Source: Moniliella sp. 'wahieum' (Eukaryota). Taken from it: 64,000 bases of DNA. Shown in pieces: positions 38,682 through 51,700 of the stretch (its first letter is position 1; every line of letters begins with the position of its first letter). Position numbers and translations under genes: made by a program. Under the pieces are notes generated by a model. It did no database searches, was not told where the DNA came from, and was given only the letters and a program-made list of their open reading frames with translations. The stretch is from the NCBI GenBank assembly GCA_003971905.1, contig RSEE01000021.1, positions 62,001-126,000 on the forward strand, read 5' to 3'.

Positions 38682-41600
38682 ATGCCGCCCGGCCAGGAGG
38701 CCAGTCCGGGCCCCAGCTCCCGCTCCGTCCCCGTCCCCGTCCGCCTCTCCACCACCTCCGCCCCGCCGCCCGCCAGCAAGGCGCAGCTCGATACGCTGTC
38801 CCAGGCCCCGCGCTGATCTGGCGCGCTACGTGCAGATCGCCCACCGCAGCCCCGAGTCCGAGACCCGCTTCGTTCCTTTCCTCAATGCCCGCGCGCACGA
38901 CATGAGCACGCTCGACAACCATTGGCCCTTGTGCGTTCCCCCCGTCGCGCCGTCCGTCGCCCTGTCTAACCCCCCCCCCCTCTGCCTCCTCTTCCCTTAG
39001 CTGCCAGGTGTGCTCGCTGCCGCCCACGTATGAATCGCAGTGCACGATGATCGAGCAAGGTGTGGACCAAGAGCTTCCCCCGGTGCGCGAGGCAAGGATG
39101 CAGATGTGCAGGGTGCGTGGTTGTGCTGCGTCGAGTGCACCGCAGCGTTGCACTTTAATTGTCTGCAGAAGCATCGGCAGGCGACGATCGTGGAAGAAAT
39201 CAATGCGGAGAACCACGAGCAGGGCAGCAGCGCGCCTTTGCTGACGCGTCTGCCGCCGAACATATTTCGGGAGGACACACCGTGCATGGTGTGCTACGAG
39301 GAGCCGGCGCTATGTTTTCTGTGTGGCTTGGACCCCGTTGGCCGGACGGCAAGGAAGCGGAGGACAACTGGGGCCACGAGAGCGACGACGACCTGAGCCA
39401 GTTGGACAAGTATGCGCGTCCTGTGTTTCGCTGTCGGCGGTGCAAGCGTTGTGCGCACTACGAGTGCCTGGCGACAAAGTACGATGGGTACAGGACGAAT
39501 CTGCATGCGGTCGCGTTCCGGGCGCAAGTGGTCGACGCATGGAACTGTCCCGACTGCATCCGCTGGCCGGCAGTGGACCGTATCTTGGCCTCGCGCGCTC
39601 TGCCGGCTGCCGAGGCAGATCGGGCGCTGCAAATGAACGCTGGCAAAGTCAGTATCGACCCTACCGAACTGACCCACCAGTACCTGGTCAAGTTCCACTA
39701 CCACTCGTGGCGCGACCTGGCCTGGGTATCGTACGACTGGCTGCGCTCCACCTCGCCCTCGGCCCTGCGTCTCTTCCCGTCCCAAGACCGCTTTTGTCCC
39801 GACCCACACATCGACTGCCCCCGATCCCAGATTGGACGCCAACTACCTACCAAACCGTGCACAAGGCAGACACATGGGAAATCCTCGACCACGACCCTAC
39901 CCAGCCTTGGCTGCACTACCCTCACCCTGCCCATTCGCCCGCAGCGAGAGACGCCGTCGCGCGGTACGTCGGACGCGCGCACGCCCTCCTGGCCCGCGCC
40001 CGACCCGACGGCTGCGACGCGAGTCCCGCCCAGCTGGTTGGAGCCTGAGCGGGTGTTGGACGCGTTTTACCGTCCTTCCATTCTGCCCTCTACCGACCGC
40101 GCCGCCGAGGCAGTCAAGGCGACCGAAGCACAGCGGGACAAGCTCTGGAGCCGGCCGAACGGTCTGCCGCTCCTCCCGCTCAATGGGCTCATCCATGCGT
40201 CCCAGCTGGCTGGGAGCGACTTGCTGCTTCCCTCCGAGGCTGGCCGCACAGTGACCCATCTAGCCTGGGTGCTGGTCAAGTGGGTCGGGTTGGAGTACGA
40301 CCAAACTTCCTGGACGGCAGTGCGGTGGGAGTCGATTCGCGATAAGGAATATGCGAACGGGTTGGTGCGAGCGTACTGTGCCTATCTCAATGCGCGCGAC
40401 GTGATCATTCGTTTGCCCAAGGACCGAACGCCGCGTCTGCCCGCGACGATCGAGGAGGAGTTGGTCGTCTGGCTGCGCTCAGTGGGAACCGACGCTTGGC
40501 CAAGTCCCAAACAGCAGCGGTCAAACAGATGATCGCTCGGTGGAACATGAACGCGTCGTTTATCTTGGCCGACGAGCCCGGCTGGGAAAGACGGTGGAGA
40601 TCATAACGTTTCTTGGCTGGTTGTTTGTCTGTCGCCAAGCCTCTCCGTTTCTGCTGTTGGTGCCGCAGCACACGATGGGCCATTGGAATCGGCTGTTGCA
40701 GACCTGGTTACCTGGTATCAATACCGTCGTATACGACGGCGGGGTAGAGGGGCGCAGGGTGATTGAGGCGTACGAGCTCTTCCATTCTCGTTTGGATCGC
40801 ACACAAGAGAGGCGAGATGCATGCAAGATGAAGGCCGAAGTGGTAGTGGCTGATGTACGGGACCAAGATGCGATCGCGCAGCGTTGCGCAAATTGGTGCC
40901 GCGATGGGAGGTGGTGTGGTGGCGGATCTGTTGGCCATGTTGGATGCCTCGTCGGTACCTGCAGCAATCGACTCGCTGGTCAGCGGTTGCCGCATCCTCT
41001 TGGCCGACGCCCCCGTCCTTCCCGCCTGGGCCGAGTCGTCCAAGGCGCTGACCACGTTTCTTCAATCGGATTTGGCCAACGCCAAGGGAGAAGAGAACCA
41101 GAGTATGGCACGTTCCTTGCCCTTCTCCCTCTCGGCGGGGTCATCGCTCGTACCCGTTCCTCGGAGCTACTCAATCCGCCCAGGGTGACGCAGGTTGTGG
41201 GCCCACACCCTTGTTCCCTGTGCAAAGGAAACTGTTCCAATCCGTCCTGCGTGCCCACCTGGATCTCATCAAGACACTGTCCGACGGCAAGAAATTGCCG
41301 CAACAAGTGGTGGGGGATGGGTACGCAGTGATCCTGTTGGACATGTTGCGCGTGTGTCAGGGTACCTTTCTCTGTGGAAACCCGGAGCTCAACCCGGGGC
41401 ATGTGCCCAACCCTTCAACCGAGGCTCTGTTGCAGGGCAGTTCCAAGCTCTCTCTCCTTGAGCGTCTGCTCCGCTCGCTCATCGCCAAGGGCCACCGCAC
41501 CGTCGTTGTTCCTCCTTCACCATGGACTTGGATATGATTGAGGAAGTGATCCTGGACCGCGGCTACGACTAATCCGCATCGATCGCGATTCGGGGCCGCG

Positions 41601-42246
41601 CGAGATTGTACGTGCTGAACGCGCGTGGAACCAAGAAGGCGCAACGTATTCTGTCGCGCTCCTCCACGCCCGGACCAACGCAGTGCTCAGCCTGGTGGCA
41701 GCGGATACGATGATTGTATGTGGGTGCCGTGTGGGGTGTGGATGCTGGATTGAATATTGACCAGTGTGACCTGCTTGATGCTAACGCGCGTGTTTGTCCT
41801 CCCAGTTCTTTGGTCAAGACCCTGCCCCCTATGTCCACAGTTGCAACCTAGGCCACGTGTGGCGTATTGGACAGACCAAGGTACGTTACGCGTTCCGTTC
41901 GCTCCTTTTTTTCTGCCACATCCCTCTCTGACACTTAGGGCAGCCGCTATTGATCATGCACCTCGTCGCCGCCCGGTCCCCCGAGGTAGGGCTGCTGGAA
42001 GCCAAGTTGGGCGACAGCAAGGCCGGGCGCGATGGCCAGCTGAACGCGTTTGCGCCATCGGTATTGGACGCCGCTATCAAACGCAGCCGCTTTGCCTGGG
42101 CCACCCCGCTCACCCCCCTCGTCTTCGACCGCGACTCGGCCTACACGGCGGGCGAAGTGGAGCAGCTGGTGGACCAACGCGGTGGCAAGGCGGTCCCATC
42201 CAGCCTACGCCCGAGGCGTCACCCTTGTTCCTCCCTAAGGCCTAGA
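38682..42246 (+). CDS. Mit1/CHD(Mi-2)-like protein: PHD-type fingers, chromodomains and a degenerate SNF2 ATPase
   Basis: HWPFCQVC, CCVECTAALHFNCL, CMVC..CFLC, FRCRRCKRCAHYECL, WNCPDC, VDRIL, YLVKFHYHSWRDLAWV, LVKWVGLEYDQTSW, ILADEP(G)LGKT, SSKLSLLERLL. Introns 38931-39000, about 41717-41804 and 41881-41938. Confidence 0.75.
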
Positions 42247-43999
42247 GCAAGACTGTTGAACTTCAACGCACACGTAACTTTGATCTCGATGGTCTGTTGA
42301 CAACGTTGACACGTCAACGCGTCAACGTTCAACTGTGCTTGTGTGGTAGGAGAGTAGAGGAGTTGTGGTGAGAATGCTGATCCTACTTTCTCACCCCTTT
42401 TTCTCAAAGTCGCCGTGTGCATACCTTACACTTACACTTACAACCCCACAGCTGTCTTCTTTCCTGTGCATGCTCGCCCTGCCACATTCCCCAGAAAGCT
42501 CGTCTGGCTGCGCCACACGGCCGCCCAGCCGTGCAGGGCGACCTGTGAGACACACGGCACGCAATGCCTATTGTACTGTACTGGACCCGACGGAAGCGCA
42601 CGCGGGTTACCGGTTAGGCGTAGGAGGGCTGCTGGTGGGTGATGCGGGGTGTGTGCGTTCGGATGGGGAGAGGATGGGCAGGGAGTACGTAGGCCATGCC
42701 TCGCGCTGCGGCGGAGCGCGGGGCCCCAAAGCAGGCGGCGAAGCGGGGAGAAGCGGGAGACAGACGCAGGAGGAGGCGAGCGAGCAGGGCAGGCGGCGTA
42801 CGTAGTGCTTAGCTAAGCGGCGTTGGGGAGGCGGCATCCCCGCAAATGCGGGGGACGCGCTGTGATGCGGGGCCGGGGCGGTGGAGCGTCCCAACCAAAA
42901 TGCCGGCGGGAGCGCACCACTGCCCCCGTGGCAGCGGACAAGCCGCCGGGAGAGAGAAAGGGGTGGGCGGGCGCGGGCGCAGGGCTGGGGGGGGCCGGTG
43001 AGGGTCCCGGCGGGAGAGGGCGCCGCAAGGGCGGTGGGCACGAGCTAGCAGCGGGCAACTAGTACTGAGTACTAGTACTGACCAGTGGGCAGTGACTAGT
43101 GACCTAGTAGCCACAGGGCAGCCGATAGGGCCCAGGGCGTGGGGCTGGGGCGTGCCTGGGTGCGCTGCGGCGCAGGCACAGCGCCGCTGTCCTGCTGCGC
43201 GCTGGACTGGGCGGCAGTTGCGCGGCTCAACGAACGTGCCTTCTGGTTGGGACGAGCGCATTCGCTTGGGAACAGGGGCGTGTGATGCGTGATGGGGGCC
43301 CTTCTGATTATTCTCGATGAGGTTCTCCCTCATGCTCAGCACGCCCACCCCATTCTTCTCGTCTGGCGAGGGGCTGGAACAAAGGGCAGGAGAGCGAGAT
43401 GGTTTCGTACAGGCCGATCGAGCTTCGAGCTTGGCGGCCCTCCGTCCATGTCATTTGCATGTCATTAGTCATGGGTCCTAGCGCAAGTTCACCGCAGTAA
43501 CCCATGCATGGAGGGTGCGCTGGTGCCCCCAGCGGCTGCTGCGCTGCCAGGCCTGGCCCCAGACTGCGCAGGGTCCGCAGCAGGCGCACCAGGGCGCAGC
43601 CGCCCTGCCCGCACCTGGCCTGCCTTCCCCGGCAGGCGCCCTGGCGCCCACACGGGCACTGTGCTGGGCGTGTGGGCGCTGTGGGCGCTGGTGCCGGCGG
43701 CCTGACACATGACACACAGAACACGTCACACCAGCGGTGCGCACGCGGCCAGTGTTCCTGCAGCCGTGCCTGCGCCCTGCACGCACAACCCACAACCCAG
43801 CCGTCTGACAGTCGCCGACTGCCGCCCCAGAATCAGACACCAGCGTCCATGTCGCAGGTCGCATGCCACATGTCACATGGCACATGTCACCCAGGGCGAC
43901 TGCACCCATCTGCCTGCCCTCACGCGTCACGCGTCACGCCTCCCGCCGCACGCCGCACGCCTCACGCCTCGCCCGCAGCGAACCACACCCCGCCAGCGG

Positions 44000-44006
44000 T
44001 ATAAAA
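44000..44006 (+). promoter_or_regulatory. Putative TATA box of the SCOT gene
   Basis: TATAAAA about 75 bp upstream of the ATG at 44080, followed by a pyrimidine-rich tract. Confidence 0.55.
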
Positions 44007-44079
44007 GCCCCCCCGCCTCCCTCGCTGCTCCCCTGCCCGACCTCCCCCGCCCCCTCCCTCCATCCCTTCCTTCCCCCCC

Positions 44080-45728
44080 ATGCTCGCTCCCCTTGCCCGC
44101 TCTGCCTCTGCATCGGCGTCCAGCCGCCCGCTCGCCCTGCGCCCGCTTGGCTACCGCCTCCTCTCCACCTCCGCGCCCCGCGCCAAGATCAACAAGGTCT
44201 GGCCCTCGGCCGCCGAGGCAGTCAAGGACATCAAGTCCGGCTCCGTCCTGGTCGCTGGCGGGTTTGGCCTGTGTGGCTCGCCGTTTACGCTGATTGATGC
44301 GATTGCCAAGTACCCCGAGAAGAAGGACTTGGTCCTGGTTTCCAACAACTCGGGCTTGGGCGCTGAGGGTTTGGGTACGTGCCGATCGCTGGCTGTTGCT
44401 CATGTGCCTATAGAGTACTGAGTACTGAGTACTGACCCTTCCCTTTTTTTCTCGCTAGGCGAGCTGATCGACAATGGCCAGGTGAGCAAGTGCGTGTCGT
44501 CGTACATTGGCAACAACAAGTACTTTGAAAAGAAGTTCCTGGACGGCGAGGTGGGTCTGGAGCTGACGCCGCAAGGCTCGCTGGCCGAACGCATTCGCGC
44601 TGGTGCATTTGGCATTCCAGCGTTTTACACGCCTACTGGGTACGGCACGCTGGTCCAGCATGGCGGGCTGCCCATCCGGTTCGCCAAGCGCGACCCCAAC
44701 TCCAAGGAGCCATCCAAGGTGATTGAGGAGGCCAAGCCGCGCGAAGAGCGCGAGTTTAATGGCAAGAAGTACATTCTCGAGGAGGCGATCAAGGCGGATG
44801 TGGGCCTGATCCACGCATGGAAGGCCGATGAACAGGGCAACCTCGTCTTCCGCTACACGGCCGCCAACTTCTCCGCGCCCATGGCCAAGAATGCCAAGTT
44901 GACCATCGTCGAGGCGGAAGAGATTGTGCCGACGGGCTCGCTGGAGCCGAACCAGATCCACGTGCCCTCGGTGTTTGTCGACCGGATCGTCAAGGCGACG
45001 CACCCCAAGATGATTGAGAAGGTCATGCTGGCCAAGTCGCCCGAGAGCAAGACCGAGGTCTCGGAGGCGCAAACACGCCGCGAGGTGATTGCCAAGCGGG
45101 CCGCCAAGGAGTTTAAGAATGGCGACTATGTCAACTTGGGCGTCGGCTTGCCCACCTTGGCACCCAACTTTGTTCCGAGGGCGTCAGCATTGTGCTGCAG
45201 TCGGAGAATGGGATTTTGGGCATGGGGCCCTACCCCACCGAGCCCCTCGTTGACGCAGACATTGTCAATGCGGGCAAGGAGACGGTACTGCTCAACCCAG
45301 GTGCATCGACCTTTGACTCGTCCGAGTCCTTTGGCCAGATCCGCGGCGGCCACATGGACGTGACCATGCTGGGTGCATTGCAGGTCGGTGCCAATGGCGA
45401 TTTGGCCAACTACTTTATTCCGGGCAAGGTGGTCAAGGGTATGGGCGGTGCGATGGACCTCGTCTCCTCGCCTGAAAGCACACGTGTCATTGTGCTCACT
45501 GATCATACCGACAAGTACGGCCACCCAAAGATTGTGGCCAACTGCGACTTGCCCCTGACTGGCTCTCGGGTCGCCTCGCGCATCATCACCAACTTGGCCG
45601 TCTTTGACGTCGACCGCACCTCGCCCGAGGGCGGCTTGACCCTCATCGAGCTCCAACCCGGCGCAACGCTGGAGGAGGTGAAGGCCAAAACGGGTGCCCC
45701 CTTCAAGGTGGCCCTCAAGTCGGAATAA
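44080..45728 (+). CDS. Succinyl-CoA:3-ketoacid CoA transferase (SCOT/OXCT1), mitochondrial
   Basis: Presequence, [59 protein letters not shown] (catalytic Glu), [16 protein letters not shown]; intron 44375-44458. Confidence 0.96.
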
Positions 45729-48700
45729 ACGTTGGGCCCCCCCTCTATCGTCCCTTCCATGCTCTCTCCTTCCCTCTCCCTCTCCCTCACCCCCACCCCC
45801 ACCCAAGCCCCGATTGTACACGATTTTCTATCGTCAGTTGCTGTTTCTCTCTTTTGTCATCCGATCTTGCCACCCTGTTGCTCTTTTGCCCTTTTTTGGA
45901 TCCACATAGCCCTGCCCCGCCTGATCCCTCGCCCCTCGCCTGGCCCCCAGATGAGCGGAGAGGCTATCCCGGCACCCCCAGCCTACCTCACATGCCCCTA
46001 TCCTCTATGCTCTCATCCTTTGGGTTGCAAGCGAAACGATGCCCTTTTCTAGGACGGGTCGAGTGCGGAAAGCCGTTACAGTGGCGAAACGGAGGCAAGA
46101 AAGGTAGTAAGAAGTCGCGGCGCGCCATGAACGAAGGAAGGATAGATTGCACACAGTTCCAACCCATCTCAGGCAACGGGGAGGAGCCTGTTGGGGGCTG
46201 GTGAGTCGCACAACATGGACACAAGTGCTGTAATAGTAACCGCGTAATAACCGGTAACCCATAATCGATAACCTCACCTGCGTGCAGTCGGGCTAGTCCG
46301 GGATAGACCGTACTCGGAGGAATCTACGATGGGTTGTGGAGGATCTGAGTGAGGCCTGGGGCCGCCGGCTGGGCGGAGTGTCACTCGCGGGTCACAGTCA
46401 CTGGTCACCTGGGGTCACTGGTCACCGTTCAGCGGTCAGCCGGTCAGCCGGTCAATATGCCAATGCATTTGTCGCATCACATGACATTGACAAGTGAATG
46501 TGACACGTCACGCGTCACGCGTCATGTACCGCGTAACGCGTAACGCCCGCCTCCGTCTTCCACCCGCCTTATCTCCGTCGTGGCGCTGCCGACACCACAT
46601 GTTGCAAATTGCACATGGCGTCGTTTGCAATTTCCAATTTGCAATTTGCAAGTTACAATTGACGCGCATGACCGTCACGTGGCTCGACCCCAGCGTTGCG
46701 CCAAGCAAGTGCGGTTAATTGGTGTGTGGGCACTCTGAAGCAACCGTCGGCTTGAGTCGGCTTGAGCGCGGCGTTACCTAAGGCCTAAACCCCAATACTT
46801 GTCGAAGCATCAAGCGGAGGCGCGGGATCAGATGGTGGCCACGCAAGCCTCAATGAGAGGGCGTGCCTACAGACGATGAGAAAGTCATCGTTCTTTTCAA
46901 ACAGGCGGGATATAGTACCTCCCCCCAGGGAAGGATCTCAGTAAGATATTATGATGAGATGCAATTCATGAATGTGTGCGCCGATGATGTGGTGGCCGGG
47001 ACAAGCGAGCAGGAACCTGTAGAAGAGGGGTCAAATCACCACCGCGGCAAGTAGCACCTGAGGGTGAAAAGCAAGAAACTAGTGTGCAGTGACCCCCGAG
47101 AGAGGGGGGTATACTTTTCCATGTGGTATAGGGCGCAAGGACACAAAGAGGGAAGTCAAGTGATGTCCAAAATATATGAACGCAGCGCAACGTGAATGAA
47201 AGCAAAAAGGCGAATAGGAAATGCATGACTATTACAACGTTTTTATGCGCAGGTTAGTGGCCTTCTCTGCCATCGGTCACGAAACAATCGAATGACGATA
47301 TGTTGGTGACTGTATTAGTTGGGGGTCGGAACTGGAGAAAAAGTTACGTCCGGAGGTCGACCAGGTCGGGTTAAGAGGGCAGGGGGGGGGGCTCACCTGG
47401 GCTCACCCTGTTCGCCCGAAAAAGGCACTGTTGGTGGTAAAGGGCATCTGGAGCGGCGATGCAAAACACACGACACTGTCAAGAAGGCACATTTATTATG
47501 GCCGCGCTGAGACGCGATCTACTTTGCGAATTTTTTGTCCAAGCCCAGCGAAAGGGGGAGAAAAGACAGTGGTGGCGCACCGATCATGGTAACTTCCTTT
47601 TGGCTTGCGAGGGGGAGAGCACACCCTGGGGACGCCACACCAACCTCATGAAGCTTAGTCGCGATGTAGAAGAAGTCGTGGCCGTGAATCACAAATTCAC
47701 AGCTACACATGCACGCAGCCTGTTTTGCAGTATTGGTGCATGGCCGCTGCAGAACATCCGGTTGATGTCCCCCTCTGGGGACCCGAGAAAAAAAGCGAAG
47801 GTCTAGCGCCATACAGACTCAGGGGGCGAGAGTGTGGTCGAAAGTACCGAACGTCATTAGGGATCGAGACACTTAGAGGTGTTCCCAAAGGGAAGGCTCC
47901 TCTTTCTGGAGATGGGAGAATAGAGTCATAGTAACAGCATACTTCCACCTGCAGAATGACCAGAGCATATTTGCCAGTCTGCAGCTGCAGTGCCCGGAAG
48001 ACGGTGTTGGTCTTCAGCCAATGGAAATGCTGGCGGTATATAATAATGTAGAGGGTTAAGAGGATGGGTCTAGTTCAATCCTCCACTTACTACATCACAA
48101 GAAACGCTGGGTTTTGCATCGCAACTCACGGTACACGAAAGCAACGCTGACTTCATGCGCATCTAGACCTCGATAGGTGGTTATTACAGTCCCTCATTAT
48201 GAGCTTTACTCTATGCTTAACTGTCGGGATCAGACTCATTTGATCACGTTCTTTGTCACCAAGTTGTCTGGTCGCCTTGATTTGTTCTAGATCCTGTTTT
48301 CCCCCTTTGGATTGTGCTCCCTCTTTCCCTCCATGTGATTTAGCTCGCATGTTCTCTTCTTCTCCGAGGCATATATACCTCGCGTCCTTTCCACTCGATG
48401 AATATGATCCTCATCCTTCCCCCATCTCCATCTCCTGTTAGGTTTGACCCCATTCAGTCTTCCTGGATTTTCAGCCCAACCACCCACCCCATCATCTTGT
48501 ACATCTCTCACTAGTAATCAGTCGGCATTCTAACTGCGATTCACGAAATCCTGTGATCAAAAGCTCATCTGAGGTATAGGCCGCAGGACGCCGCACTTTT
48601 GTGAAGAAGAAGAGTTGACGAAGAAGACGCGATGCGTAAATGCAATGACACACACGCACCATAACGTGAAGATATGGGACCTTGAACCTCTGTGTGTAGT

Positions 48701-51700
48701 ATTGGTAATGGTTCAACATGATACACACACCTTTTCGACCATTGGCCTACCACAGTGTGAGAGCCTTCGAATAAGCCACCCGCCTCACGTACATCTGCTT
48801 CTGGGCGCACCCTCGGCTCGTCGGTGCTGAACAAAAAGGGTTGGGGTATATGTCATATATGTCATAGTATGGCTGATCTCGCACTCATCTCCAATATCTT
48901 GGTCTCTCAAGCATCTCATGCGTTCCTTGTTCTTCTGCATCTCGCACCATGTCCTCTGTTTATGTTTTTCTTCCCCATAAAGTTTGTGTGAGCAAGCACA
49001 GTGTCCCTTTCTCCTCTGTCGTATGCACCATTTTCCATGCAGCACGCGTGTCTGTGGCCGGAAGTGTCTATAGTGAGGCCAGATTCATATCATATATCAA
49101 CACCAATACACTGTTACGGAAGACTGATCGAAGCTTCTCTTCCACTTCTGCATATATTGCGCATGTCATATTATTCGCCACGCCAACGGGTACCGTTTGC
49201 TTCTTGCTTTCTTGTCGGATGCCTCTCCTGATTATGTCCTCCCACAGGCAATCTTATCATCTCTTCCCGTCTTTGACAGACCTTGGCCTCTCGCGGGAGC
49301 CTACTCACCAGGCTATAATACCGAGACTCTAAAGACACACACAGCGCACACACAACCAAATCGACCCGAGTGTCCTCTTATCTGTTGCTGATAATATGTG
49401 ACACTTATTGAGAGACTGTGTGAACGTACTGAACCCGCGTAACAATATATTGTACCTAGTAAACACGTATTATCTCTGAGACTGTGATGTCGATCATTAA
49501 TAATCAATCATTGTTGGTAATTCAATGTGGATTGGTTCTCTCTTCTCTATCACCTGGCATATAACCCGTTGCTTTCCTCAGACCTCTACTGGCCTCATGG
49601 CAACAGGCCTCTCATATCTCAGGTCTCGGACCTCATGCATCATGTGGCCTCATATCCTTTTGATAAGCCATGCTGTATAGGATTCACTTCCATATGTTGT
49701 CTCGCGCGCACGCGCCTCACCCATGAGATGACGCGCGCGATGTTCATGGGTGGACGCATACGTGAAGACTTGGGGATCTAATTAAAGGGTTTTGATCTCT
49801 GATCTCTGATGCACACTTCTGACCCATAATATACCCTAACCTCTAACAGTGTAGATCTCTGCTCTTGCTCTCAGTAAGACTCTTTTTCGGATCTGGCCAC
49901 TTGAAGCTTGACGACTGGAGCTGTGGGCCCACAGTAGTGGCAATGCAGGGCTCAAGCTTCAAGTCCCTTGTCTTAGAGGCCTAACCAGAACCCGTTACTT
50001 ACGCCTAAGGCCGAAAGCCTAATAAGACCTGTAACCATGTCACAGGAACTGGCAAGCTCGCAAGCACTGAGCGTCAGCGTCAGGTCAGACCAAGCCCTGA
50101 TGCACCTGATGAAGCCCATATCCCCTGTAGTACGTAGCCAGTAAAACCTTGTCCCCCCGCCTTTTATCTGATACACACTTGCGTCTTGTGGCTTTTTTCC
50201 ACATGTGGGGCCATAGAACGAAGCACGTACTATATGTGGGTCGACAAACGTGCGCCCTCAGGCCTCAAGCTCTCAAGCCTCAAGCTTCAAGCTTCAAGCG
50301 CCCTCTCAGTAGTGTATTAGTTCTCACATATAAAACTAGTAACTGGTATAGGGTATACTCTCAGATCTGCATGTCACATGTCACACGCGTTCAATACGCG
50401 TTATGTTTACGCCACGCATTACACACGTTACGCAGTGTTTCTTCACGCGCACATACATTTGCCCAGTTGTGTACCTTGTGTCGTAATGCGTAATGCGCGC
50501 CTCTCTGCGCTTGAAGCTTGAGGAGCTTAAGGACCGAAGCTTGCAGCAGCTCTTCGAGACCTGAGACCCGAGGTCCCTTATTAGGGCGTGGGAGAGGCCT
50601 GCCAAGAGGTCTGTATCTCGTGCGGTCTGTGAGGCCTGAGGTATGTGCAATGGACTTGAAGGTAGCTTGAAGCTTGAAGCTTGAAGCTTTTGGTTCTTTT
50701 GACTATAATATAGCCACAGTTCGTAAGTATCCGCGTATAGCAGGATGTATATAATAGTGCTTGCGCGTTTGGTGGATGGGAAGAGACGGCCAATGTCGTG
50801 TGCACGATGATCAACGATCAACGATCATGCATATTCGACAATCCGAGAAGCGGCCACACCCGTCTCACTCATCTAACGTGGCTGTAGGGTACCCACCACT
50901 CAAGTTGTTTGCCTCGGACTTGTGTGTATACACGCACAACTCTCGGATCGTCTCACGCTCGATATCTCACGTTTGCGCCTATGCAGCGTTTCTGTACGAA
51001 AGACTGTGGAGCATGATTGAGTGCCACCTTGTAACATGTAACACCCACCAATGTAGAACGTCTCGACTTGGTGTCGCAATGGCGCTTGGGCTCAGGCTGT
51101 GCTTAAGCAGTGCTTAGAGTCCGCCAGGGCGTATTATATGCGGCAGGCGGCGACGGGCCGTCTCTGAGATGATCGATGATCGAGATCGATCTGAGACCTG
51201 AGAAATGATGTGAACCACCAAATGCCCGAACAGGCCGGACAGGCCCCTTGCACCGCCGCTTCCGAATCATTCAATCAGGGCCCCACCAGGCAAAGAGGCG
51301 CCGCAAACAAATGTCATGCATGTCATTGATCGTCGATCACGGTCACCGTACATCATCGATGATTCACGCTCAGGACTTTTCATTTCATCGGTTGTCGCTG
51401 CAATGGCTTTTCGTGCTTTGAATAGGCTACCAGGCTCAGCCTGAGCGGCCCAGCGCCCTCAACTTGCTCAACTTGACCGCGATGCGGCAATCCGTTCATG
51501 TAGACACGAGCTCCCAAATTTTTGCTCATGCGTGAACTAAGGCTTTCCTCCGTTTCGATGGCGTGAGCACAGATGATGTGCCGATGATCGATAAGCTTGA
51601 AGTTAATAGGATACTCATCGCTTTTCTGAGGCGGAAATAAGCGGCGCGATGCATGCATGAGATGCACAACATTTCCTCTGAAGCGTGGAACGGTGGACGG

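Noticed and set aside
46863..47054. KVIVLFKQAG resembles the ATG12 start (KVVVRFKAVG)
   Set aside because: No downstream ATG12 motifs (AP.LK, Y.N..FAP, AWG/AFG) can be found in any frame.
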